Positions 12,281-22,768 of a DNA stretch of 64,000 nucleotides are shown here, piece by piece. The translations under genes were made by a program, and so were the position numbers. The notes beneath the pieces were generated by a model. It was not told the origin of the DNA. It saw only the letters and a list, made by a program, of their open reading frames with translations, and made no database searches. The stretch lies in NCBI RefSeq assembly GCF_004010195.1, contig NC_057718.1, positions 102,985,566-103,049,565 on the forward strand. Reading direction: 5' to 3'. Numbering within the stretch: position 1 is the first letter of the stretch; each line of letters opens with the position of its first letter. This DNA comes from Chiloscyllium plagiosum (lineage: Eukaryota).

Positions 12281-13398
12281 GCTAACTTGATTGAGTTTTT
12301 TGAAGAAGTCACAAAGAGGATTGATGAGGGCAGAGCGGTAGATGTGATCTATATGGACTACAGTGAGAAGTTCGACAAGGTTCCTCATGGTAGACTAGTT
12401 AGCAAGGTTAGATCACACAGAATACAGGGAGAACTAGCCACTTAGTACAGAATTGTCTTGAAGGTTGAAGACAGAGGGTGGTGGTGGAGAGTTGTTTTAC
12501 AGACTGGAGGTCTGTGACCAGTGGAGTGCCACAAGGATCTGTGTTGGGTCCACTACTTTTTGTCATTTACATAAATGATTTGGATGTGAGCATAAGAGTT
12601 ACAGTTAGTAAATTCGCAGATGACACCAAAATTGAGGGTGTAGTGGATAGCAAAGGAGACTACCTCAGAGTACAACGGGAACTTGATTGGATAGGCCAAT
12701 GAGCCAAGGAGTGGCAGATGGAGTTTAATTTAGATAAATATGATTTAGATAAATATGAGGTGCTTCATTTTGGAAAGGCAAATCAGGGCAGGATTTGTAC
12801 TCTTAATGGTAAGGTCCTGGGGAGTGTTGCTGAACAAGGAGACCTTAGAGTGCAGGTTCATAGCTCCTTGAAAGTGGAGTCACAGGTAGATAGGATAGTG
12901 AAGATGGCATTTGATATGCTTGCCTTGATTGGCCAGTGCAGGAGTTGGGAGGGCATATTGCAACTGTGAAGAACATTAGTTTGGCTACTTTTAGAATACT
13001 GAATTCAATTCTGGTCTCCCTGCTGTAGGAAGGATGTTGTGAAACTTGAAATGGCTCAGAAAAGATCTACAAGGATGTTGCCAGGGTTGGAGGATTTGAG
13101 CTATTGGGAGAGGCTGAATAGGCTGGGGCTGTTTTCCCTGGAGCGTCAGAGGCTGAGAGGGTGACCTTAGAGAGGTTTATAAAGTCCATGATGGGCATGG
13201 ATAGGATTAGCAGACAAGGGCTTTCTCCAGGGTAGGGGAGTTCAGACTAGAGGGCATAGGTTTAAGGTGAAATGGGAAAGATATAAAAGGGACTGAAGGG
13301 GCAGCTTTTTCACTCAGATTAATTTAGAATATTTGGTCGGCACGGACAAATTGGACTGAAGGGTCTGTTTCCGTGCTCTACATCTCTATGACTCTATA
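12281..13398 (+). mobile_element. 5'-truncated CR1 LINE (RT to 3' tail)
   Basis: [46 protein letters not shown]; tail ctctatgactctat. Confidence 0.93.
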
Positions 13399-15457
13399 CA
13401 GTAAACATAAAATTCTGATGACTGCTACCTTTTAATATTGCAAAATTATGGCTTCTTTGTACAGAGAGAAAAAGACCTACAGGACTACTGGCACTTGTGG
13501 GATTGTACTGCTGTGTACCTGTGTGCCTTTCCAAGAGTAGAGTGAATGAAAATCAGAATCTGAGAGAAGAAAATAAGAAAGCAATAAATCTTGCTGCTGA
13601 TCTCTGTGTTACTTGTGTTAAAAAATGGGTCTTAATAAACCCTATAGAAATGTTCTGTACCCTACATGTGGAAAGCTTTTCCTCAACAGTAGCAATTAAA
13701 TCGCTTGGAACAAGTTCTGTTTCCATCACATTGACAGCCACGAAGATGCTGTGTCAAATTAAAATGACAAACTGTATGCGTGAGAATAAAAATAAGTTCC
13801 ACAACACAGAGGAGAGACTATCGCTATTTTCTGAGCAATCTTGGCATGAAGCTAAATTACTGCTCACGTTTGTACTTGTTTGTGAGTTGTCATAGCTACA
13901 CAACAATCAACAATTGGAGTCTCCATAAACCGCTGTCAGAGCTTCCATAACTACCTTTCACCTGTCAATGCTTAGTTGGGCTTTTTCCCTCTTGACATTG
14001 GAAGTGATGACTTTCATTGAGTGGTAAAACTACAGTCATAAGCCTGAAGGTGCTGGTATTCAAAAGGAGGCCATGTTGCAGTTTGAAGGGAAGCTCAGGG
14101 ACAGGAGCTGTTCGATGGTGTGGGATGGGAGCTTATGATGATATCAAATTTGTGAATAGGACTGTTCTGATCATTTTTAACCCAAACAATAACAAATCAA
14201 ATCCAGAGGACTACTTGCTCCATGGCAATTGCAATGCCCAGTCAGAGCCAAGACTATGGCACTGTGGGTGCTCTAACTTCTGATAGAAGTGCTGGAGGGA
14301 GGGAGAAGTGTGGAAAGGCTAATAGGGGTCAGAGATACATCAGTGAGAGGGGTCAGTTAACACTCATTCAGGTATGGACGGCACCCCAAGTGTTGACTCC
14401 CAGGTCTCTCTCCCTCTCCCCCTCCACCCCTCCTCCCCTTACCTCCATCCTCAGCCAGAGGTCATGGTTCATGTTGGGACCAATGACACAGGAGGAAAGA
14501 GGAATGAGGTATGACTAGCAGGCTTTAGAGAGTTAGGGATGACATTGAAAAGCAGGAGTTCAAAGGGAGTAATCTCCAGGTCACTCTTGTTGACATGCAG
14601 TAGGGAGTATCGGAATAGGAGTGTAGAGCAGATGGAGATATGGTTGGAGAAATGGTAAAAGGCAGAGGAATTTAGATTCCAGAGGGGTTATTTTTGAGGG
14701 TGGTCGGACTTGGAATACGTTGGATGTGTTACATCTGAAGAGGAGTAGAACCAACATCCTCATAGGCGATCAGATAATGCTGTTAGGGCAGATTTGAACT
14801 AGACTGGCAGAGGAATGGGATCCTGACAGGTAATTTAGAAAGGAGAGAATCTGAAGTGGAATTAGATGTTAAATCACAAATCCAGATGACAGAGGCGAGA
14901 TAAGAAAGAAGTGAGTCTGTCAAAATGAATATGTTTTAGTACAAGGAACCTGAAGAATCAGACAGATTAGTTGAGGGCACAGAGAGGGAGCAGGTACATA
15001 ATATAATAACCACAACTGAGACTTGGCTGAAAAGTGGGCAAAATTGGCAGTTTATCATTCCAATAGGGCATTCTGATGAGGTATGAGAGAGAGAGAGAGA
15101 GAGAGAAAGAAAAGGAGAATGTCACAAAATTGAATAAGGAATCAATTAGAGCAGTGAGGACAGATGATATCCTAGACATCAAAAGGGACCATACGAGTGA
15201 ACGCTAAAAAAAGGGACAAACACTCTGTCAGGTGGATACTATAGGTCCCCACATAGTCGGGGAGAGACAGAGGGTCAAATATGCAATCCAATGTCAGGCA
15301 AATGTAAGAGTGATGAAGCAGTAATGGACTTGGATTTTGAAGACCCAAATGTTAACTGAGAGATAGTTTGAGTGTACAAGGTAGGGAGGGAGCAAACCCT
15401 TAAATTATATCCAAGGGAACCTTTTTAACCAGTACGTAGAAAGCTCAATAAGAGAGG

Positions 15458-15662
15458 TTTGTTCATTATATAATTTCAGTTGCATCACACTGTAAACTTT
15501 CGCTATAAATTCTGTGTCTTACAATCTTATACTCCACAACCACCTGATGAAGGAGCAGTGCTCTGAAAACTAGTGCTTCCAAATAAACCTGTTGGACTAT
15601 AACCTGGTGTTGTGTGATTTTTAACTCTGTCCACCTGAGTCCAACATCACACCTCCACATCA
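15458..15662 (+). mobile_element. Penelope-like terminal fragment (family B) with TSD
   Basis: Flanked by caataagagagg (15446-15457) and caataagacagg (15663-15674); contains hammerhead core at 15541-15575. Confidence 0.8.
15541..15575 (+). ncRNA. Minimal type I hammerhead ribozyme motif (family B)
   Basis: CAC-CUGAUGA-A-GGAGC-agu-GCUCU-GAAA-a-CUA-GUG; helix I CAC/GUG. Activity untested. Confidence 0.7.
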
Positions 15663-15728
15663 CAATAAGACAGGAGACAGTCCTGGGCCTAACATTTGGA
15701 ATTGAGCCCAGGCAGATGTAGGGTGTAT

Positions 15729-16426
15729 TGTTATGAAGCTGTGGGTGTACTGTATCTTTAAGAGAGTTAAAAGCTAGAAAAAACTACCTGACAACACCAA
15801 GTGTTCTGAAAAAGGATACAATGTAACATGTGCTCCAGCTACTGGGGTAGCTAGGGTAGCTGGTTGCCTGGAAACAACAAAACAGATTTGAATTAGGCCA
15901 ATCAGTTTACATTTTACCCTGAAAAATACCAAACTCCAATCTTAAAAGCCAATGACAGAATCCGATGCTTTGGGGGGTATAAGACCGGGGAAAATTGAAC
16001 AGTTGAGAGGAGAACTGCCAAACTACCAGCCTGTAATGATTGCCTGAAAAATAGCTCTCTTAAAGGTACTTTTATCGCTCAGTAATTGGTGAAGCAGAAT
16101 CCCCAAGAAGAAGAAAAGACAACAGGAATATAGAGAAGAACCGAAAGCCGCCTGGTTTTTTGAGATAAGAAGTTTTGTTTTGTAAATCATAATCGGGGTT
16201 TTATTGGACTAGTATTATAGAAGGGAAAGTGAAAGATAGGTTAGAGGAAGGAGTTGTAAATAGTTGTCAGTTAATTATTCTCTGTTATACTTCAAGAAAT
16301 AAAGTTGTTAATTTTTACTTTAAATACTTCTTGGCCACTGGAATTTTCACAGATTACTGCTCAGGATAACTCTTTTCTGTGTTGTGGGTTTTAAATTAAC
16401 AGAAGGGTTTACATCATGTCATAACA
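15729..16426 (+). repeat. 5' LTR of the Gypsy/Gmr1-like element (698 bp)
   Basis: Starts TGTTATGA and ends TCATAACA (perfect 8-bp inverted repeat); TATAA near 15978, AATAAA near 16298; followed by a PBS. Confidence 0.85.
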
Positions 16427-16429
16427 GTT

Positions 16430-16449
16430 TGGGGGCTTGTCATTGGGAT
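16430..16449 (+). promoter_or_regulatory. Primer-binding site, tRNA-Pro type (degenerate)
   Basis: tgggggcttgtc...gggat 3 nt after the LTR end, versus the canonical Pro PBS TGGGGGCTCGTCCGGGAT. Confidence 0.7.
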
Positions 16450-16451
16450 TT

Positions 16452-16756
16452 TATTAGATTCCCTACAGTGTGGAAACAGGCCCTTCGGCCCAACAAGTCC
16501 ACACCGACCCTCCGAAGAGTAACCCACCCCCCTCTGACTAATGCTCCTAACAACTATGGACAATTTAGCATGGCCAATTCACCTGACCGGTACATCTTTA
16601 GAATGTGGGAGGAAACAGGAGTACCCAGAGGAAACCCACACAGACACAGGGAGAATGTGCAAACTCCACACAGACAGTCACCCGAGGCTAGAATCGAACC
16701 TGGGACCCTGGCGCTGTGAGGGAGCAGTGTTAACCACTGAGCCACTGTGTTGCCCC
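16452..16756 (-). mobile_element. HE1-type V-SINE inserted just after the Gypsy PBS
   Basis: Reverse complement of the HE1 head, V-domain and tail. Confidence 0.88.
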
Positions 16757-16916
16757 TGGTTTGAACTGGTTTAGACAGATTTGAATAAACTGGGGGTGCA
16801 AAAATTTCCAACAGATTTAAACACTTGCAGGTTAGTCTCCTAGGTCTTTAAAACGTAGGTGAGACCATTTGTTTACTTTCAGTGACTTGTGGTTAATTTA
16901 ATTAAAAGTGAGATAA

Positions 16917-18070
16917 ATGGCTTTTAAAATTGCTAAAGAGGTTCTGGGATTTGAAGATGATTCTCAAATTTGCCAAGAAAGTTTAGAAGGAAAGAAAAAG
17001 ACCATACTTCTAGAATTAGCAAATAAATTAGATCGGGGTTTAATCAAAGACAAAAGTAAAGCTGAAATTGTAAGGGAGTTACTCAACCGCTTAGGCCTGT
17101 CAAAGAAACAGACAAGTGCAGTAGAGGTAGAAAAACTTAAATTACAATTGAGGAAAATGGAGTTAGAAAATAAACAAAGAGAGAGGAAAGAGAGAAAGAA
17201 AGAGAGAAGAGAGAGAGAGGATAAAGAGAGAGAAGGTTCTTAGCTGAGCAAGGAGAGAGAGAAGAATAGGAGAGACAAAAAGAGAGAGAATTTGAACTTG
17301 AGAAGTTGCGACTTAGTCAGCAAATTCAAGTTAACAGGATGGAGATTAAAAGAGAACTTAGTGATATATACAAATATGTCAAAATCCTGCCACATTTCGA
17401 TGAGAAAGATGTTGAAGCCTTCTTTATTTCATTTGAAAACTTGGCTAGGCAGATGGAGAGGTCCAAGGATTTATGGGTAATGCTAGTTTAGACTAAACTG
17501 GTAGACAGAGCTAGTGAGGCATTTGCCGCATTGTCAGGTGAGGTGTCAAGAGATTATGAAGAGGTTAAACAGGCTATTTTAAGTGCTTATGAATTGGTAC
17601 CAGAAGCATATAGACTGCGGTTCAGAAACACAAAGAAGGAACCAGGTCAGACTTATGTTGAGTTTGAAAGAAGTAAACATAATCATTTTGATCAATGGGT
17701 GCATGCTTTGAAAATAGATAGGACCTTTTAGGCTCTAAGAGAGATTATTCTGCAGGAGGAGTTTAAAAACTCACTTCCAGAGATGGTAAGAATTCATATG
17801 GAGGAACAGAAAGTTCAGGAAGTGAGAAGGGCAGCAGAATTAGCAGGTGAGTACATGTTGGTGCATAAGACAAGCTTCCGGCCAGAATTTCATCCTGTGA
17901 GGGACAGAAGTTGGGAGAAGGGGAGACTCTACTCTACAAAACCAAGAGTAGAGAGCACTGGTAATAACTTACCACAGGATTAAGAAAAAGCCCAAGAGGG
18001 TGGACTGGAGGTGAAAGGCCTCAGGTGTTTACACTGTGGTAAAGTGAGACACACAAAGTCACAGTGCTGG
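16917..18070 (+). pseudogene. gag: gag remnant with coiled-coil, SCAN-like capsid and zinc knuckle
   Basis: LPHFDEKDVEAFFISFE, AYELVPEAYRLRFR, EEFKNSLPEMVR, CLHCGKVRHTKSQC across frameshifted ORFs. Confidence 0.85.
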
Positions 18071-18239
18071 TCGTTAAAGAAAGGCACTGTGGGAAAAGAT
18101 GTGGTAAAAGAAGCTAAGCCTGTGGCATTAGTGAAGGTAGTAAAGGAGACCCCAAGAAGAGCTGAGAAGCTGCAGGACAGTGCACAGCCTAGGCAGGGTC
18201 TGGATATGGAGTTAGTACCTGATCTCTCCAAAGAATTCA

Positions 18240-18560
18240 CCTCTGTGGGTAAAGTTTACTCAGAAAGAATGGAGGGAGAAGGACAAGAAGTTGTCATTTT
18301 GAGAGATACAGGTTCTAACCAGTGGCTGATAGTAAGGGATGAGTGCATATGCACTCTTTCTGATCTGTTACCTGAGAGTGTGGTAATTTTTGGGATAGAT
18401 GGACAGAAATTTAGCTTTCCCCGTTGTAAGATCAGGTTGGAGTGCCAACTCAAGATTGGGGAAGTTACAGTGGGAGTGATTGACAGAGGGTCAGTTCCAG
18501 GAATACTGTTGGTTCTTGGGAACGATTTAGCAGGATCCAAGGTGGGAGTGACACCCCTTG
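18240..18560 (+). pseudogene. Retropepsin (aspartic protease) remnant
   Basis: VVILRDTGS...LVLGNDL in ORF 18011-18850. Confidence 0.85.
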
Positions 18561-18899
18561 TTGTGGAGAAGCTCAATGAAGACCAAGAAACTGAGGAGTT
18601 AAAACACTATCATAAGTCATGGCACAAAATGAAAACTAAAGAGAAAGATGAAGGAGCTGAGGTTCAGTTAGTGGATACCCTGTTTGATGTAATACTGCAG
18701 GAAAAACCTGAACAGGCAGAGGGTCAGGCAGAAGTGTTTACTCCTGAAAGGCTAAGGGATTTGCAACAGAAAGACAAGATGATAAAAGGTGAATGCATAC
18801 TCCAAAAAGGAGGTAGAGAATATTCCAGAGGGTTAATATCTGAAAGATAGAATCCTAAGGTGGAAATGGAGACCACGGCAGGTTAGTGCAGAGGAGAAA

Positions 18900-19965
18900 T
18901 GGGCCGAAGTGCACCAGATTGTGTTGCCGGTAGCATAGCGACAGGAAGTGTTACAGGTAACACATAAACTATCAGTAGGAGGTCACCTAGGGGTAGGAAA
19001 GGCTCAGGCTAAGGTATAAATACATTTTTATTGGACTGGCATGCACAAGTATGTGGTTAATATTGCTGTTCGTGTCACGCATGCCAAATGGTAGGTAAGC
19101 CACAGGCAATAATAAAACCAGCCCCTTTGTTGCCAATTCCTGCATTTGAAGAATCTTTCACACGGGTTATAATTGATTGTGTAGGTCCCCTCCCGAGAAC
19201 TAAAAGTGGGAACCAGTATTTATTAACGATAATGGATGGGTCTACCAGATTTCCGGAGGCAATTCCATTAGGGAGTATCAAGGCAAAAAGGGTGATAGAG
19301 GAGTTAGTAGCTTTCTTCACACGGTATGGGCTACCCAGAGAGATTCAGTCTGACCAAGGGTCAAATTTTACTGCGAGGCTGTTTAAGGAGGTTATGGATA
19401 CCTTAGGTATACAGTACTTTAAACCCAGGGAGCTTTAGAAAGGTGGCATCAGACCTTGGAGACCATGTTGACAACATACTGCAGGATTACCCAAATGATT
19501 GGGATAAAGGGATCCCATTCATAATGTTTGCCATTAGAGACGCCCCAAACTAATGCACTCAGTTCACTTCCTTTGAGTTAATATTCGGGCATGAAGTGAG
19601 AGGCCCTTTGAAATTATTGAAAGAAAAATTGACAGGACCAAAGTCAGAGATCTCATACTTAGATAATGTATTGGAAGTGAGGGAGAGATTAACTCGGGAA
19701 GGTGAATTAGCTAAACATCCCCTAAAGAGGGCACAGTGTAGAATAAAGAAGGTGGCAGAATAAAAGTTCTGAGACTCGGATGTTTCCCGAAGGGATGACG
19801 TGTTAGTACTGTAACCAGTGAAAGGATTTTCCTTCAAAGCCAGGTTTAGTGATCCCTAACAAACTGAGAAAAAGTTGAGTCAGGTGAGCTATCTAGTAAA
19901 GATACCAGATAGGAAAAAAAGGTATCGGGTATGTCATGTGAACATGTTGAAACTGTATAATACCA
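18900..19965 (+). pseudogene. Integrase remnant (HHCC zinc finger, DDE core, C-terminal module)
   Basis: GGHLG...CHAC, IDCVGPLPRTKSGNQYLLTIMD, EIQSDQGSNF, ERWHQTL, VCHVNMLK. Confidence 0.9.
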
Positions 19966-20131
19966 GAGAGAAAGAACTGGAGAAACAGGTGTTAGTTACT
20001 GCCCCGCAGGGTGACGAATCAAATCCAGATGATGTGGATCTTGATGTGCCTCAAAATAGATTAAAAAATGCAGAGGTCCTTGAGGAGTGGGATAGGTTAG
20101 TAAGCTATCTGTCTCAGGAGTACAGACACAG

Positions 20132-21476
20132 TTGAAAGATTTCTTACCGCAATATAAGGACATACGTAACAATCAGATGGGGAGGACTAATGCTATTGTT
20201 CATGAAATAGACGTGGGGAATACTGCTCCGATAAAACAACACCCCTATCGGCTTAATCCTCTCAAAGCCAGACAGGTCCAGATGGAGCTGGAGGCCATGC
20301 TCGATGAGGACATGATCGAACCAAGCCAGAGTCAGTGGAGTTCGCCGATCGCCTTAGTTCCCAAACCGGCTGTGACTCAACGATTCTGCGTGGATTATCG
20401 GAAGGTTAACGCCGTTACAAAATCAGACTTAGATCCAATTCCTAGATTGGAGGACTGTATCAAGAAAGTCAGACAAGCCAGTTACATCACCAAGTTGGAC
20501 TTAATGCGTGGTTACTGGCAGGTACCTTTATCAAAGTCAGCGAAAGAAATTTATGCATTTGTAACCTCAAATGGGCTATGTCAGTTTAAAGTGATGCCCT
20601 TTGGAATGAAAAACACACTCACCACATTCCAAAGCCTCATGAACAGAGTTGTGGCTGGGTTAACAAACTGTGCAGTCTGTTTGGACTATGTAGTGATCGT
20701 TAGTAAATCCTGGAAAGATCACATGGTACAGTTGGCAGAGCTCTTTGAACAACTACGAGAAGCAAAACTAGTGATAAACTTAAACAAAATGGAATTCACA
20801 AAGGCAGAAGTGACATTCTTGGGACATAATATCGGTCATGGAAGGTTGGCTCCATGGAACGCAAAGACAAAGGCCATCCAGGAATTTCCGTGACCAACCT
20901 CGAAGAAAGAGGTGCTTCGATTCTTTGGACTCTGTGGATGCCATCAAAAGTTTGTTCCAAACTTCAGCAGTATAGTGGCACCGTTAACCAATTTGCTGAA
21001 GAACAACAGTTTCGGCGGATAGAACAATACCAGGAGCCATTCGGCCATTTGAAAGCCACATTAACCACCAAACCATTTTAGCTACACCAAACTTTTCAAA
21101 CCATTTTAAAGTTGCCATTGATGCTAGTGACATTGGAGTAGGAGCTGTACTCCTACAGGAAGAGGAGGTTGGGATTGAACTGCCAGGTGGTTACTGTTCA
21201 AAGAAGATCAACACCCACCAGAGGAAATACTCCACAATTGACAAAGAACTATTGAGTTTGGCCCTGGCCTTACAACATTTTAACGTGTATGTCACAAACG
21301 ATGTGTTGGAGACGGTCGTGTACATGGATCACAATCCACTTACATTCTTAGAACGCTTTAAAGACATGAATATGAGACTATTTCATTGGAATCTTATGTT
21401 ACAGACTCTCAATTTAAAAATCGTACATGTTGCAAGTCATAAGAATGTAATCGCAGATGCGTTACCGCGGATTTAA
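20132..21476 (+). pseudogene. Reverse transcriptase and RNase H remnant
   Basis: PIKQHPYR, RFCVDYRKVN, LDLMRGYWQV, VMPFGMKN, degenerate YLDD (CLDY); DASDIGVGAVL, DHNPL, NVIADAL. Confidence 0.92.
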
Positions 21477-21911
21477 CTGATAGATTTTAGATGAGATTTG
21501 TCTTTATTTAATGTTACATATATAGATATATGGGAAGAAATTAAGGTGAACCTATATCAAAGTTATCAGCATGTTCGGGTTAAAAGAAAAAAAAATGAAG
21601 TCATCTTTACATTATCAGTCGAGAGTGTTTTTGAGGTACTGACTATAACTCAATTCAATTTAGGATAGTTATGAAAAAGGATTAGGATGGTTTGGGATTA
21701 AACATTTAAATTTATCTCACTAAGATAATGTAGGATTTAGCCCAGGTTTGCAGGGAATGGCGAGTTGTTGACACAGCAATAGGGCCAGATACCTGCACAG
21801 CTCAAATCTGTCCCCATAATAACAATGGGTGGGGCCAACACGAAGGAATCCTGGATGTCAATGGGCATGATGGTTAAGAATGAAGAAAATAAAGTTTATG
21901 GCAGGTACCAA

Positions 21912-22565
21912 AAAGAAGGCATTTGGTATGCTTTCCTTTATTGGTCAGAGTATTGAGTACAGGAGTTGGGAAGGCCTTTTTGCGGCTATACAGGACATTG
22001 GTTAGGCCACTGTTGGAATATTGCGTGCAATTCTGGTCTCCTTCCTATCGGAAGGATGTTGTGAAACTTGAAAGGGTTCAGAAAAGATTTAAAAGGATGT
22101 TGCCAGGATTGGAGGATCTGAGCTACAGGGAGAGGCTGAACAGGCTGGGGCTGTTTTCCCTGGAGCATCGGAGGCTGAGGGGTGACCTTATCGAGTTTTA
22201 CAAAATCATGAGGGACATGGATAGGATAAATAGACAAAGTCTCTTCCCTGGAGCAGTGGAGTGCAAAACTAGAGGGCATAGGTTTAGGGTTAGAGGGAAA
22301 AGATTATAAAAGAGACCTAAAGGGCAACTTTTTCACATAGAGGGTGGTGTGTGTATGGAATGAGCTGCCAGAGGAAGTGGCGGAGGCTAATACAATTGCA
22401 ACATTTAAAAGGATTTGGATGGGTATGTGAATAGGAAGGGTTTGGAGGGATATGGGCCGAGTGCTGGAAGATGGGACTAGATTGGGTTGGGATATCTGGT
22501 CAGCATGAACAGGTTGGACCGAAGGGTCTGTTTCCATGCTGTACATCTCTATGACTCAATGACTC
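21912..22565 (+). mobile_element. Young 5'-truncated CR1 LINE 3' end
   Basis: LVRPLLEYCVQFWSPSYRKD...; very similar to 990-1640; tail ctctatgactcaatgact. Confidence 0.93.
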
Positions 22566-22596
22566 CAAGTCAATATGGCAGAGTCCTTATAGGAGG

Positions 22597-22768
22597 ATCA
22601 AAAATCAGAAATTGCTGGAAAAGCTCAGCAGGTCTGGCAGCATCTGTGCAGAAAAATCAGAGTTAACATTTTAGGTCAAGTGACCCTTCTTCAGATCTGA
22701 GATTTTCCAGCAATTTCTACTTTTGTTTCTGATTTACAGCATCTGCAGTTCTCTCAGTTTTTATTTCG
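22597..22768. mobile_element. Penelope-like family C fragments in inverted arrangement
   Basis: Minus arm with ctgaaga-a-gggtc-actt-gacct-aaaa-tgtt (22661-22696) followed by a plus-strand tail. Confidence 0.75.

Larger units (their letters stand above)
15729..21615 (+). mobile_element. Ty3/Gypsy LTR retrotransposon of Gmr1 type (gag-PR-IN-RT-RH), decayed, no 3' LTR
   Basis: LTR, PBS, Gag with CCHC knuckle, protease LRDTGS, integrase, then RT and RNase H, all on +; many stops and frameshifts. Confidence 0.92.

Noticed and set aside
13497..13895. 132-aa ORF
   Set aside because: Non-ATG start, no recognisable domain, non-coding composition.
17177..17290. Purine-rich simple repeat
   Set aside because: It is the E/R/K coiled-coil region of Gag.
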